Part shown: positions 40,797-54,413 of the stretch, piece by piece
How the letters are laid out: every line of letters starts with the position of its first letter
How positions within the stretch are numbered: position 1 is the stretch's first letter
Assembly (NCBI GenBank): GCA_951406725.2
Contig: OX597836.1
Location: 21,576,001-21,640,000, forward strand
Origin: Octopus vulgaris
Lineage: Eukaryota
Reading direction: 5' to 3'
DNA: 64,000 bases
The notes under the pieces: model-generated
The model's input: the letters and a program-made list of their open reading frames with translations, nothing else
What the model was told of the DNA's origin: nothing
Databases searched by the model: none
Translations under genes and position numbers: made by a program

Positions 40797-42372
40797 ATTT
40801 CTTTGTGTATTACTCAAGTATTTAGCTCTACCATATCTGAAAAGGTAAATAAGTAAATAAATAAATAAATAAATAAGGAAGATAATGAATAGATTTTTGT
40901 TTTCTTTTTCTTCGAAGCATTCAAACACCCATAATAAATCAGAAAAATCCAAAAGAGGACTAAAAGTAAAAGAAAAATCAATAACCCATCATGACGTTTG
41001 TGTTTCCGGTTCCTCTTTCGATATCACAGCCTCGTTTCCGTTCAAAGTTTTAATCATTTAAGCGTCATTAATTTTTTAAAGCCGTTTGGACAGTCCACTG
41101 TCCAATCAGATCATGCTGATGTTATTGGATTGATACTGAAAGGTTTTTAGAACAGTTTTAGAACAGGGTTTTTAGAACAGTTTTCGTCGTATTTATTTCA
41201 GCTATCTGCGCTCTGAGCTCGAATCCAATCGTAGTTGTAAAGCACCAGACCAGTACTAGGGAACGTGTCTTCGAGTTGGCACTCCCTGGATTGTAAATTT
41301 GAACGTCCGAGCTTGTCGTGCTTCGACACACTGAATCTGTCTGAGAAATACGTTATGTTAAAGACACACGTATCTGTAGAATATTCAGCCACTTACACGT
41401 TAATTTCGCTAGTAATAACACAGCTGATTGGACGAATGAATGCTCATCGTCGACAGTGACGAAAGATCCACCTTTACTAACAACGATATTGTTTAGTTTA
41501 TTGTAATCAGTTCACACAGTGGTTGTTGTTGTTGTTGTTGTTGCAGTTTTAGCCTTGACTGCAAAGTCAAATCATTACAGTCTCTCCAATCATGACTAAT
41601 CCATTGAGGATTTTGTACATCTGGGATTACTTCATCTGACGTATCTTTCCGTTTTGAAAACAAAATGCTCGTGATTTGTCTTAGACCTGGCTGATATTTT
41701 TAGCAGGCAAACAGATGCTGTTTCGTTGGCATGTTGTTATTATTATTATTATTTAGCCCTAGGTCAGTCCAGATCGAGAAAGAAAACTATTGACTACTGC
41801 TGTTCCTGCTGTCACTGGATAGATTGCTTTTCAGTTTTTGCGGCATTCGTTTTGACTTCATCCGTTCTGGGTTCAAATCCCGCTGAGGTCAACTTCACTT
41901 TCGTCTTTTCGGGGTTGCTAAAATAAAGTACCAGTCAAGCACTAGGGTCGATGGTATCAACTCTCCCTTCCCCTTAAATCTGCTGGCTGTGTGCTACAAT
42001 TTGAAAGTATCATTTGTGTATCTAGGATTCGCTGTTCTGCGTGTCATTCCGCATTTTAAAACGTTAGTTGTGTGGTTTGAAAGAGGAGTTTTATTTGACT
42101 GCTAATTCTAGCATTTTGAGCAACCTTATGTAAGTTTCTTCCCTCCTCGGCTCCAATATCAATGCAGTGGTGGTGGGGGTGGTAGAGATGATTATGGTGG
42201 TAGAAATAAAAGGCATGATGGGATGGCTGGTCATCACAACTATACCCTTTCATATATCTCACTAACAAACATTTCATCCATGAGTTATTCTAAAAAGACA
42301 CCTCCTTAAGGTGCCCCGCAAATTGCTGCTAACATCATGCAAAAATAATTCGTTTTAGCATATAATGAATTA

Positions 42373-42636
42373 GTGGAGGCACGTGGCTTAGTGGTTAGGG
42401 TGTCAGCAACATGATCGTAAGATTATGGTTTCGATTCTTGGACCGGGCGACGCGTTGTGTTCTTGAGCAAAACACTTCATTTCACGTTGCTCCAGTCCAC
42501 TCAGCTGGCAAGAATGAGTAACGCTGCGATGGACTGGCGTCCCGTCCAGCTGGGGAACACATACGCCATTGAAACCAGGAAACTGGGCCCATGAGCCTGG
42601 CTAGGCTTTAAAAGGGCGCATTTATATTATTATTTT
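42373..42636 (+). mobile_element. SINE family C, full length, 13-bp TSD
   Basis: tRNA-like head, CORE-like CTTGAGCAAAACACTT, V-domain-like CTGCGATGGACTGGCGTCCCGTCCAG; TSD ATATAATGAATTA at 42360-42372 and 42637-42649. Confidence 0.9.
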
Positions 42637-42672
42637 ATATAATGAATTATTTTACATGTCTGCAATATTATA

Positions 42673-42969
42673 TCTTTATATATAAAAGTCAAGTTGTGTG
42701 TCTGTCTCCTACGATTTAGATTCCTAACTACTCCCACATTTTGCGGTGCAGTGTAATCAAAAGCGGGTATCTTATAGTCGTGATTCATACCGAGCCCTTC
42801 TGGGTATTAGCGCGCGTCTACGATGAGTCTACGATTAAAAAAAAAAAACTCATAATTTTTTCCCATTTTTAATGCATTTTTTGCTATTATATAAGGGAAG
42901 TAACTCTCTAAAAATGCTTATATAGTTATTTCCCTTACAAACCCGAGCTACGCCGGGCGATACTGCTAG
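42673..42969 (+). mobile_element. Non-autonomous Helitron
   Basis: A|TCTTTATATATAAAAG ... CCCGAGCTACGCCGGGCGATACTGCTAG|T. Confidence 0.92.
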
Positions 42970-43128
42970 TATGTTATAAATTGCATAGTACAATTGTACA
43001 TTTTACAAACCAATGCAGATATAGAAAGCTAGCTCTTCAGATTCACAAAATTTAAATCAAGTTTTCAATTCCAACGAGAATAATAATGGAGAAACTCATA
43101 TCTTTAACTGATGATTACACCATGCATT

Positions 43129-43523
43129 GTGGAGGCGCAATGGCCCAGTGGTTAGGGCAGCGGACTCGCGGTCATAGGATCGCGGTTTCGATTCCCAGAC
43201 CGGGCGTTGTGAGTGTTTATTGAGCGAAAACACCTAAAGCTCCACGAGGCTCCGGCAGGGGATGGTGGTGATCCCTGCTGTACTCTTTCACCACAACTTT
43301 CTCTCACTCTTACTTCCTGTTTCTGTTGTACCTTGTATTTAAAAGGGCCGGCCTTGTCACTCTCTGTGTCACGCTGAATATCCCCGAGAACTACGTTAAG
43401 GGTACACGTGTCTGTGGAGTGCTCAGCCACTTACACGTTAATATTTCACGAGCAGGCTGTTCCGTTGATTCGGATCAACCGGAACCCTCATCGTCGTAAC
43501 CGACGGAGTGCTTCCACTGTTCC
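43129..43523 (+). mobile_element. SINE family D, full length, 12-bp TSD
   Basis: tRNA-Arg-like head with A/B boxes; TSD ACACCATGCATT at 43117-43128 and 43524-43535. Confidence 0.92.
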
Positions 43524-43678
43524 ACACCATGCATTAACGACAATCGTTTCTATTATGCCAACATATATAGATACAACAGAAGGGTATAAAATTTATCATG
43601 AATTACGAATTTATTGGTGTCTCATTGTTTGATATAGTTAACCAAATTCGTTTAACACTGAGTGCTTTATAGACATCT

Positions 43679-44103
43679 ACTCTTTACTCACTTTTACTCT
43701 TTTACTTGTTTCAGTCATTTGACTGCGGCCATGCTGGAGCACCGCCTTTAGTCGAGGAACTCGACCCCGGGACTTATTCTTTTGTAAGCCCAGTACTTAT
43801 TCTATCGGTCTCTTTTTGCCGAACCGCTAAGTGACGGGGACATAAACACACCAGCATCGGTTGTCAAGCAATGCTGGGGGGACAAACACAGACACACAAA
43901 CACACACACGCATATATATATATACATATACATATATACGACGGGATTCTTTTCAGTTTCCGTCTACCAAATCCACTCACAAGGCTTTGGTCGGCCCGAG
44001 GCTATAGTAGAAGACACTTGCCCAAGGTGCCACGCAGTGGGACTGAACCCGGAACCATGTGGTCGATAGACAAGCTACTTACCACACAGCCACTCCTGCG
44101 CCT
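43679..44103 (-). mobile_element. SINE family A, full length
   Basis: Complete head and tail; GACATCT direct repeat at 43672 and 44104. Confidence 0.92.
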
Positions 44104-44860
44104 GACATCTGTCTGGATTTATTAATCCCTTTTACTTCTTACACACACACACACACACTTACACACACACACACACACACTTGCACACACACTTGCACAC
44201 ACACACACTTGCACACACACACACTTGCACACACACACACGTGTACTTAGGTTTTGATTATAGGAAATTATTTCAAATGGGAACATACCATATTCTCCAT
44301 TTATCTCCTTCAATTAAAACTCTCAATCAATTAAGAGTTTCAACGAATGTCATTCCGTTTCTCACTAAATCTATTTCACTTCTCTCCATCACGCCACTTA
44401 AATCAATACATATTCACTTAACCTGCTAGCGAGGAATTCTAATACACGCTTCATGCTTTCCTTCCTTCGTTTTCTCTTACCTTTCTTCTTCTTTTTTTGT
44501 TTCCCTCTCTCCCCTCTCTCCCCTCTCTCCTCCTCCTCCTCCTCTCTCTCTCTTTGTAAAATATCACCAAGTAGCACAGCTGGTTTCGTGGCCGCGTCGT
44601 TTCGATTCGGTCCCAATGTAGGTTACCCCTGGAAGCCTGTCTTCCACCGTATCTTCGGGCGGACCAGTAATCTGTGGGCGGAAATTGGTAAGCAGAAACA
44701 GTGCAGACACCTGTTGTACACACACACACACACACATACACACACACACATCTACACACACACATACATTCAAACACACGTGCGTGTGTGCATAAATACA
44801 CACTTGCATATATACATATGTGTGTGTGTGCATATATATATATATTCGTACATGTACGAA

Positions 44861-44936
<76 letters not shown>

Positions 44937-45949
44937 AGGGCTTAGTAAAATAAATTACTTTGCCGCATACTGAACTCGTTAGAAATAGCAGCTAAAAAAA
45001 CTTTTTTAAAACTATTTCTAATACTTAAAGAAAATCTCTCTCGTAAAGTGTTTGCTCAATTCAACTCACGAAAGTATGAGGGTAGAAACATTAAAAAATC
45101 AAATGCAAAGGTTATTTGAGAACGTACGTTTCAAGATTAGTCAAAAAGACATTTCTATCATCAGCTCAGAACTCCCTGGTTTGGATTTGAAAACACTGAA
45201 AGTAGGAGCATACCTTTTCGGCCTCCCATCGTCTCCGAAGATCTACTCGAAACTAACAGTGCCAGCAAATTCGAACATGCAAGCGAAGAATTTCTGCTCT
45301 CCCCTTCCACCAGCGTGGGTTAAAATCAGCAAACAACATGCTTTTTTTCGGTAAAATCCGAGGCATTAAATAGAGAGATATGAATTATAATTTCAACAAT
45401 TGAGGGTAAAATTAATTAATTAATCAATTTCACCAAGTATTCAGTATGCAAAGGGACCATTTAAGGCGAATTCGTTAAGGTCTAGCGTATATATATATAT
45501 ATATCCGAAATTGCGAAGATGATCCGGTTCTTGACTGATGATTGAGGGCTTCGAATGTCCCGTCCGTGTTTTTTGTGTCATCTTCTAAATGTTTCACGTT
45601 CTTGTCCCAGTTTGTATATTTTTTTACTTTTACATATATATATATAAATATATATATATATATGTGTGTGTGTGTTTGGTGTTTGTTTGTTTGTTGGTGT
45701 ATGATCACGGGTGTCTATAATTTAAACCGATATATATCGGCGAAGGATGCTTCCATCAATAAAAAAAAAAACCTAAAAAAGAAGTTAAGAAAAAGGTACT
45801 TTTTTAATGTTGTATCCTTGCTATATTTATTCCGTTCTGAGTTACACATACTCCCTTAAACGCGTTCTCCCTCCATCAGAAATGTAGCAAACCAGTGATT
45901 GCTTCATTAGAAACCTGTAACCAAGAATTCTGCGGTATAATGACATTCG

Positions 45950-46325
45950 CCGTGGTAGTGTGATTATGAAACTGATTTACCAAACGTGTGGTTTTGGAAT
46001 TAATCCCACTGTGCAGCACCTTGGGTCGGCCGTTGACTTGTAAGTGGATTTGGTAGACAAAACTGAAAGAAGATCGTCGCATATATATATATATCTCATT
46101 TACTCTTTTCTCATTTACTCATTTACTTGTTTCAGTCATTTGACTGCGGCCATGCTGGAGCACCGCCTTTAGTCGAGCAAATCGACCCCGGGACTTATTC
46201 TTTTTGTAAGCCCAGTACTTATTCTATCGGTCTTTTTTTGCCGAAACGCTAAGTAACGGGGACGTAAACACACCAGCATCGGTTGTCAAGCAATGCTAGG
46301 GGAACAAACACAGACACACAAACAC

Positions 46326-46392
<67 letters not shown>

Positions 46393-46522
46393 TACGACAG
46401 GCTTCTTTCAGTTTCCGTCTACCAAATCCACTCACAAGGCATTGGTCGGCCCGGGGCTATAGCAGAAGACACTTGCCCAAGATGCCACGCAGTGGGACTG
46501 AACCCGGAACCGTGTGGTTGGT
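45950..46522. mobile_element. SINE A degenerate 5' half (+, 45950-46080) facing SINE A (-, 46095-46522)
   Basis: Family A motifs in both orientations. Confidence 0.85.
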
Positions 46523-46832
46523 TATTTATATCTGTTATTTATATTTGTGTAACTTTCTCCGTTTTTTTCCGTCCTTGTTTTCGTATACATTCGCTGTTTT
46601 CTTCCAAGGAATCTAGTGCTCTTAGCTTAGTTTTTTCCTTGGGGCTGGCCAGATGGGAGCATTCTCGAGTATAACCAGCCGAAATTGCAAAGATAATCTG
46701 GAACTCAACTGAAGAAAGAAAACTCCGAATGACCCGTCCTTGTTTTCTTTGTATCGTGTGCCTGGATGTTTTGTTGTCCCTTTTTTGTATCACCTAACTG
46801 TCTGGATGTTTTGCAGTCTTGTCCCATTTTGC

Positions 46833-46869
<37 letters not shown>

Positions 46870-46980
46870 ATCACGTGACCGACCAGTCCACCAGATGTAG
46901 TTACACATCGCTGGTCACAATGCGTTCGCATTGTTTTAGCCTTCGAATGACGCTACCCCGCTGGCTAAGCGAGCAGGCCA

Positions 46981-47045
<65 letters not shown>

Positions 47046-47434
47046 TTTGCACGCCCACCCTCTCTCCATTTTCTTTTCACTCATTCCTTACTGTCAAAGA
47101 GCGTAGTTTCGAAAGGTCAAAGACTTTTCCATTCTTCCCGAGCGTCAAACTATTATACCTGCTTGTTGTTCACCCACCTGCATTTGCTTTTCGTTTTCTA
47201 TACATTTGAACTACACACACAAACGCACGCACACACACACACGTGTGAGTGTGTGTTCACTATCGCTTGACCATTTATTTACTTTCCCGTAACCTCAGCG
47301 GTTCGGCAAAAAAGACCGAGAGAATAAGCACCAAACTTTTAAAAGTAAAATATAAATACTTCGGTCGATCTGTTCGACTAAAACCCATTAAGATGGTGAT
47401 CCCACATGCCGCAGTCGAATGACTAAAATTTGCA

Positions 47435-47596
47435 GGCGCAGGAGTGGCTGTGTGGTAAGTAGCTTGCTTACCAACCACATGGTTCCGTATTCAGTCTCAC
47501 TGCGTGGCACCTTGGGGAAATATCTTCTACTATAGCCTCGGGCCGACCAAAGCCTTGTGAGTGGATTTGGTAGACGGAAACCGAAAGAAGTCCGTC

Positions 47597-47635
<39 letters not shown>

Positions 47636-47838
47636 TGTGTGTCTGTGTTTGTCAGACCAACATCACTTGACAACCGACGCTGGTGTGTTTGTGTCTCCGT
47701 AACTTTGCGGTTCAGCAAAATAGACCGATAGAATAAGCACTAGACTTACAAAGGACAGGTCCTGGGGTCGATTTGCTCGTTTAAAGGCGGCGCTCCAGCA
47801 TAGCCGCAGTCAAATGATTGAAACAAACAAAAGAATAA
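47435..47838 (+). mobile_element. SINE family A, full length, preceded by an older 3' fragment at 47277-47428
   Basis: Complete head, TA tract and tail. Confidence 0.92.
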
Positions 47839-48586
47839 ACACATAAATAAATATGTAAATGAATGAATGAATAAAATAAATAAATAAATAGATAAATAAT
47901 GTCTGACTTTTCAATTTCATACGGTTTTAAACAATGGATATTCACTTAACCTGCCATCGAAGTATTTTTATAGCCGTCTACTTTCTTTCAAACCCCATCA
48001 AGTAGTCGTTCACTCTTCATTTACAATCGAAGCAAAATGGACGCCAGCCGTCACGCCGAACGATTCATTGGCCTGCAGTATTAATTAAACATAGCAGACG
48101 AAGAGTAAAGATCACTACATGATGTCACTTTTACCATTCCTTTACCGTTGTTTTTTTCTGTTTTTTTTTCTTTTCTTTTCTTTCTGTACATACTTTGTAA
48201 CATGTAGCCAAAACCTGGTTGGCTTTCATTTGCAGTGTTAGGTATGGTATATGGATCGTCTGCTTTATTCATTTATTCAACAAGTAACGTGTGCGCGTGT
48301 ATGTGTGAGTGTGTATTTATGTGTTTGTATGTGTGTATTAATCAGCAAAATGGGAGCGCGAGAATAGATAGACAGACAGACACACGCACACACATATGTA
48401 TATGTATATATATATGTATATGTATATATATATGTATACACACATATATATATGTATACACACACACGCACACACTCACACACACACCCTTGTCATCTCG
48501 CACACCTTTGTTTACCATTCCTTCTTTGATTCCGCTCTCCTGTTTTTGAAAACTTGCTCCTTCTTTTTTACCACTTCCGCCTTTTC

Positions 48587-48913
<327 letters not shown>

Positions 48914-48920
48914 TATATAC

Positions 48921-49072
<152 letters not shown>

Positions 49073-50213
49073 GTGAGAAGTGGGGTGTAGCGAGTTGGGG
49101 ACAAGAAGCTAAAAGAAAGCAAAAGAAAGGGAAAATGGATTTTTGCAAAGAACTCGAGAGCTAACGAGATTGTAGTGAATTTTGATTCCTTTCTGGATTT
49201 CTTAAAAACGATTTTTAATCAAAATTACTTCCCTTTAGTATACTTATGGTCGTTATGTGTGTTGTAGGTGGGGAATAACGGCTTGAAACAAGAGCAAATT
49301 ATTAGAGAATTAAGTGGCAATTATAAGATATTCTAATTATTTTTAGTTCCCTGCAGCTATTCCCATTGCAGATATCTCCTTAAAGTAGAAGAATATATTG
49401 AACTTTTAAAGCTTTTTCATTAATTAGACCTTTTAAAATTAAGATTAGCTGGCTCTGAGATCGTTGTTCGTACGTTTTCAGTCTTACAGAAGTCATTGCG
49501 TTGCATTCTGTTCTTGAACAAGATACTTGACCCTACTTAAGTACCATGTCATGTTTAATTGATTAATTTATAGGTTATTATTGCTTTTGAATGTAAAGTT
49601 GTTGTGTTTATTGTTAGATAAGCTTATAGTGTGGTGGGTGAAGTGGGGAGGGTGGTGGTGGTTTGTCGGAGTCGTTAGAACGTCAGACGTTTGTTGCAGC
49701 TCTTTACGTTCTGTGTTCAAATTCTATCGAGGTCAACTTTGCCTTTCATCCCTTCGGCATTGATAAAAATACTAGTTAAGTACTGGGGTCGACAGAATCG
49801 AATACTTCTCTCCCTCCATCCCTCCCTCTACCCCTCCACCCCACCCTAAAAAATTGCTGGCCTTCTGGCAAAATGGAAGCCATTAGTACCTAAGGATACG
49901 AATATTGTTTTGTTGTCATTTAAAATTTATGCGCTGTTTATCTTATGCTGTAAACGATAGTGAATTGATATTATTATTGTTTAGCTCCAGTTCAGTATTG
50001 ATCTGACTGACCTATGATTATCTTTCCTTGCAACTATGATTATTCCATCTATTTATGGCTATTCCATCTACAGCCGGTTACGTTGTATATCTTATCGTTT
50101 TTTTTTCCTTTTATAACATGTTGAAATGAGTTTTGGTGATTTTAAGGAGAGTTTGTTGTCATTTTTAGCAGATATAAAACCCAGCAGATATATTGTTATT
50201 TTTAGCATATATA

Positions 50214-50364
50214 GGCGCAGGAGTGGCTGTGTGGTAAGTAGCTTGCTTAACAATCACATGGCATCTTGGCAAGTATCTTCTACTATAGCCTCGGGCCGAC
50301 CAAAGCCTTGTGAGTGGATTTGGTAGACGGAAACTGAAAGAAGCCCGTCGTATACATGTATATG

Positions 50365-50430
<66 letters not shown>

Positions 50431-50630
50431 TACGTTTGTCCCCCCAACATCACTTGACAACCGATGGTGGTGTGTTTACGTCCCCGTAACTTAGCGGTTC
50501 GGCAAAAGAGACCGATAGATTAAGTACTAGTCTTACAAAGAATAAGTCCTGGGGTCGATTTGTTCGACTAAAGGTGGTGCTCCAGCATGGCCACAGTCAC
50601 ATGACTGAAACAAGTAAAAAAGTAAAAGAG
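50214..50630 (+). mobile_element. SINE family A
   Basis: Head with B-box deletion, TA/TG tract, full tail. Confidence 0.9.
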
Positions 50631-51672
50631 AATATATGTGAACCCAAATCAAGTAGATTATTGATCAAAGGTATTCCACCCATGATCATCACCTCTCAGT
50701 CGCCGACAAACTGTACCTGGGACTGCATTATCTAGTGTTACATATTTAGAATTTATTCTAGTCTGACTACAGTGAAATTTCTCTGCTATTTCTAGCATAC
50801 CTGACAACCACATAGTTCTCTATAAATTACGTTATTAAATTATTTTATCATACCATAGAGCTAAGTTTTTAGCGTTTTATCTTGTTTTCTAATCTTTTAT
50901 TTGATGGTGGGAGGTAGGTAGAATTAAATATCTCAGGAATTCATTATTCTTCTTGAAGTCTGGCTAGCTTGCTTTTTCAAAACAGTGACCCGTAACTTCT
51001 GCTGGATTCTTGAAGAAAGATGAAAGAATTTGGAATGAAATCAAGGTTTCACTCGTTTTAATACACAAAATAAAATATAGTAATTTGTTACGTAAACGAA
51101 TTTAGAGACTGACTCAATAGACTCACTGTCTCTCATCATATCCGGCACTCCCTCTTTCTCTCACTCAACCTCATACGTATATGTGTGTGTGTGTATGTAT
51201 GTATGTGTGTGTGTATGTATGTGTGCGTGCGTGTGTGTGCATGTGTCTATGTACACACATACCAATACATGTACATATATACATACAACAAACACGCGCA
51301 CACAGACATATATGTATGTATGCATGTACGCGTGTATGTATATGTATGTGTGTATTTGTGTATGCGTATGTATGTATGTACATATAAACATACATACATA
51401 TAGATATATATGTATATGTGTACATATGTGTGTGTATACACACACACACACACATATATGCATAAATATAAATATATATAAACATATACACACACACATA
51501 CATATATGTGTGTGAGTGTGTATATATGTGTTTGTGTGTGTATGTATATATAAATATGTGTGTACGATTTCGCTTAGGCGCAACAGTGCTAGTAACTGGT
51601 TGTTAGAACTCAATATGTGTTTGCTTTAGAATAAATCGTTAGGCGGGAAGAGGTCATTCAATAATATATATA

Positions 51673-51853
51673 GGTGCAGGCGTGGCTGTGTTGTAAGTAG
51701 CTTGCTTAACAACCACATGGTCCCGGGTTCAGTCCCACTGCATGACACCTTGGACAAGCATCTTCTACTATAGCCTCGGGCCGACTAAAGCCATGTGAGT
51801 GGATTTGGTGGACGGAAATTGAAAAAAGCCCGTCGTATATATATGTATATATG

Positions 51854-51936
<83 letters not shown>

Positions 51937-52081
51937 ATACGCCGGTTCGACAAAATAGACCGATAGAATAAGCACTAGGCTTACAAAAAATAAATCCTGG
52001 GGTCGATTTGTTAGACTAAAGGCGGTGCTCCAACATGAACGCAGTCAAATGACTGAAACAAGTAAAAGATAAAATAAAAGA

Positions 52082-52082
<1 letters not shown>
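51673..52082 (+). mobile_element. SINE family A with internal (TATC)n
   Basis: Head and tail intact; centre replaced by TATC repeats. Confidence 0.88.
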
Positions 52083-52120
<38 letters not shown>

Positions 52121-52506
52121 CACACACACGCACGCGCACAGAAACATACACACATACATATACATGGGTGTAATTTCGCATTTTAATTATTAGTGCCCTG
52201 GTACCTTACTTTGCAATCGCCCTCGTTGTTGGCGCCCACGGGATTGCCAAAGTAAGTGTCGTTATTTTAGTGTCACCTACGACACGATCTCTGTCATGTG
52301 TATTACTAACTGTGGGCTGTGTAATATACCTGCACCGTTGTGGAGAGTCAGTTGTAAGTTAGATATTGTTTCATCATTCAGGGTATCGGTCGTTACCCTA
52401 AATTGCTAAGGGTCTAAAGTGTTGGTAGGTACCGGTTGACGGCTTGTAGGTTTCGAAAAATACTGCTATTTTTACCCACAGTTAGACGGTATAATCTTTT
52501 ATAATA

Positions 52507-52784
52507 CAATAATAAAAAAAATAATAATAAATGTGCCCTTTTAAAGCCTAGCCAGGCTCATGGGCCCGGTTTCCCGGTTTCTATGGCGTATGTGTTCTCC
52601 AGCTAGACGGGACGCCAGTCCATCGCAGCGTTACTCATTTTTGCCAGCTGAGTGGGACTGGAGCAACGTGAAATGAAGTGATTTGCTCAAGAACACAACG
52701 CGTCGCCCGGTTCAGGAATCGAAACCACAATCTAACTAACGATCATGGTGCTGATACCCTAACCACTAAGCCACGCGCCTCCAC
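52507..52784 (-). mobile_element. SINE family C, full length
   Basis: Reverse complement of the 42373 copy; CTTTTATAA on both sides. Confidence 0.9.
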
Positions 52785-52798
52785 CTTTTATAAATATA

Positions 52799-53031
52799 TA
52801 TTTCTTTACTACCCACAAGGGGCTAAACACAGAGGGGACAAACAAGGACAGACAAACGGATTAAGTCGATTACATCGACCCCAGTGCGTAACTGGTACTT
52901 AATTTATCGACCCCGAAAGGATGAAAGGCAAAGTCGACCTCGACGGAATTCGAACTCAGAACGTAACGGCAGACGAAATACGGCTACGCATTTCGCCCGG
53001 CGTGCTAACGTTTCTGCCAGCTCGCCGCCTT
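52799..53031 (-). mobile_element. SINE family B monomer
   Basis: Head plus one body; CCTTTTATAA on both sides. Confidence 0.92.
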
Positions 53032-53356
53032 TCCTTTTATAATATATACGACATATAATGTCATCAAGTTGTATAGTGGCGGTCATTTTATCGGAATTCT
53101 TATCTAATTCGATATGCGACGAAGAGTATTGCATACATTGATTAATAGCTTTTCGATCGAATATATCATCTACTCGTGTCATTTATACAAGCCGTGGCTT
53201 GTATAGCCTGAGGCTAACCATCCGTCTGTACCACGATCATTTTGGATCTCACTGCTTTATGTATGCGTGTATGTATGTATATATGTGTATGTATGTGTAT
53301 ATATGTATGTATATATGTGTATGTATGCGTATATATATTATATGTATATGTATGTT

Positions 53357-53387
<31 letters not shown>

Positions 53388-53439
53388 CAATATATTAACA
53401 ATAATAATAATTATTATTATATATATATATTTATATATT

Positions 53440-53484
<45 letters not shown>

Positions 53485-53516
53485 GCTTCTATGTTTTTCT
53501 AGCATATATGTATATG

Positions 53517-53595
<79 letters not shown>

Positions 53596-53630
53596 CTTCT
53601 ATGTTTTTCTAGCATATATGTATATGTATG

Positions 53631-53693
<63 letters not shown>

Positions 53694-54189
53694 TTCTGCC
53701 TTTTGATGATACTGATGTTCACATCCATTATAAAACATCATCGTACAGAACTGAATGTTTCCAGCTGTGATGACATCGTCAGAGATGAAGAAACAGCTAT
53801 GACAACGTTTCCACCCGCAGCGAGGAACACCTCATTGAACACATCACAGTATATTTGGCAGTTAGGTGAGGAATTGCTAGCAACAAGTTCCTGTAACAGC
53901 GTCTGTCTGCGATAGAATGGCATCGCACTGAGATGCAGATATATCTTTCGTCAAGCGATTACAATCACTGATTCGCTCCACCAAACAGCGGTCTCATTTT
54001 TTTAAAGATGTCATCGTTGTACGACAAGTTGACGCTAGCTAAATATTGCTGCCATATACAGACTAGCGTGTACGTATGCATGCACGCAGACACATGCGTA
54101 TGCGTTTGCATGCATGATTATAGAACGTATGCGTGTGTGTATGCATGCAAGTATACATAATACATACATACATACATATATATTATATA

Positions 54190-54246
<57 letters not shown>

Positions 54247-54314
54247 CGTATGTATGCATGTATAGTGTGACATGCATATACATTTGTCTGCATACATGTA
54301 CATATATATATATG

Positions 54315-54413
<99 letters not shown>

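Noticed and set aside
43129-43205. tRNA genes at SINE heads (also 42373 and 47435)
   Set aside because: They have A/B boxes but no proper acceptor stem, and are continuous with SINE bodies and TSDs
43871-44125. Recurrent peptide [24 protein letters not shown] in many ORFs
   Set aside because: It is the antisense translation of SINE A, not a gene family
45503-45570. Hammerhead in family G (CTGATGA..GAAT and CCGAAATTGC)
   Set aside because: GAAT replaces GAAA and no consistent stem I or UH site is found across copies; a consensus-level check is still worthwhile
53700-53945. Possible Tc1/mariner C-terminal remnants (also about 21930-22145 and 33600-33730)
   Set aside because: Only vague motif similarity across several frameshifts; not supportable without a profile search
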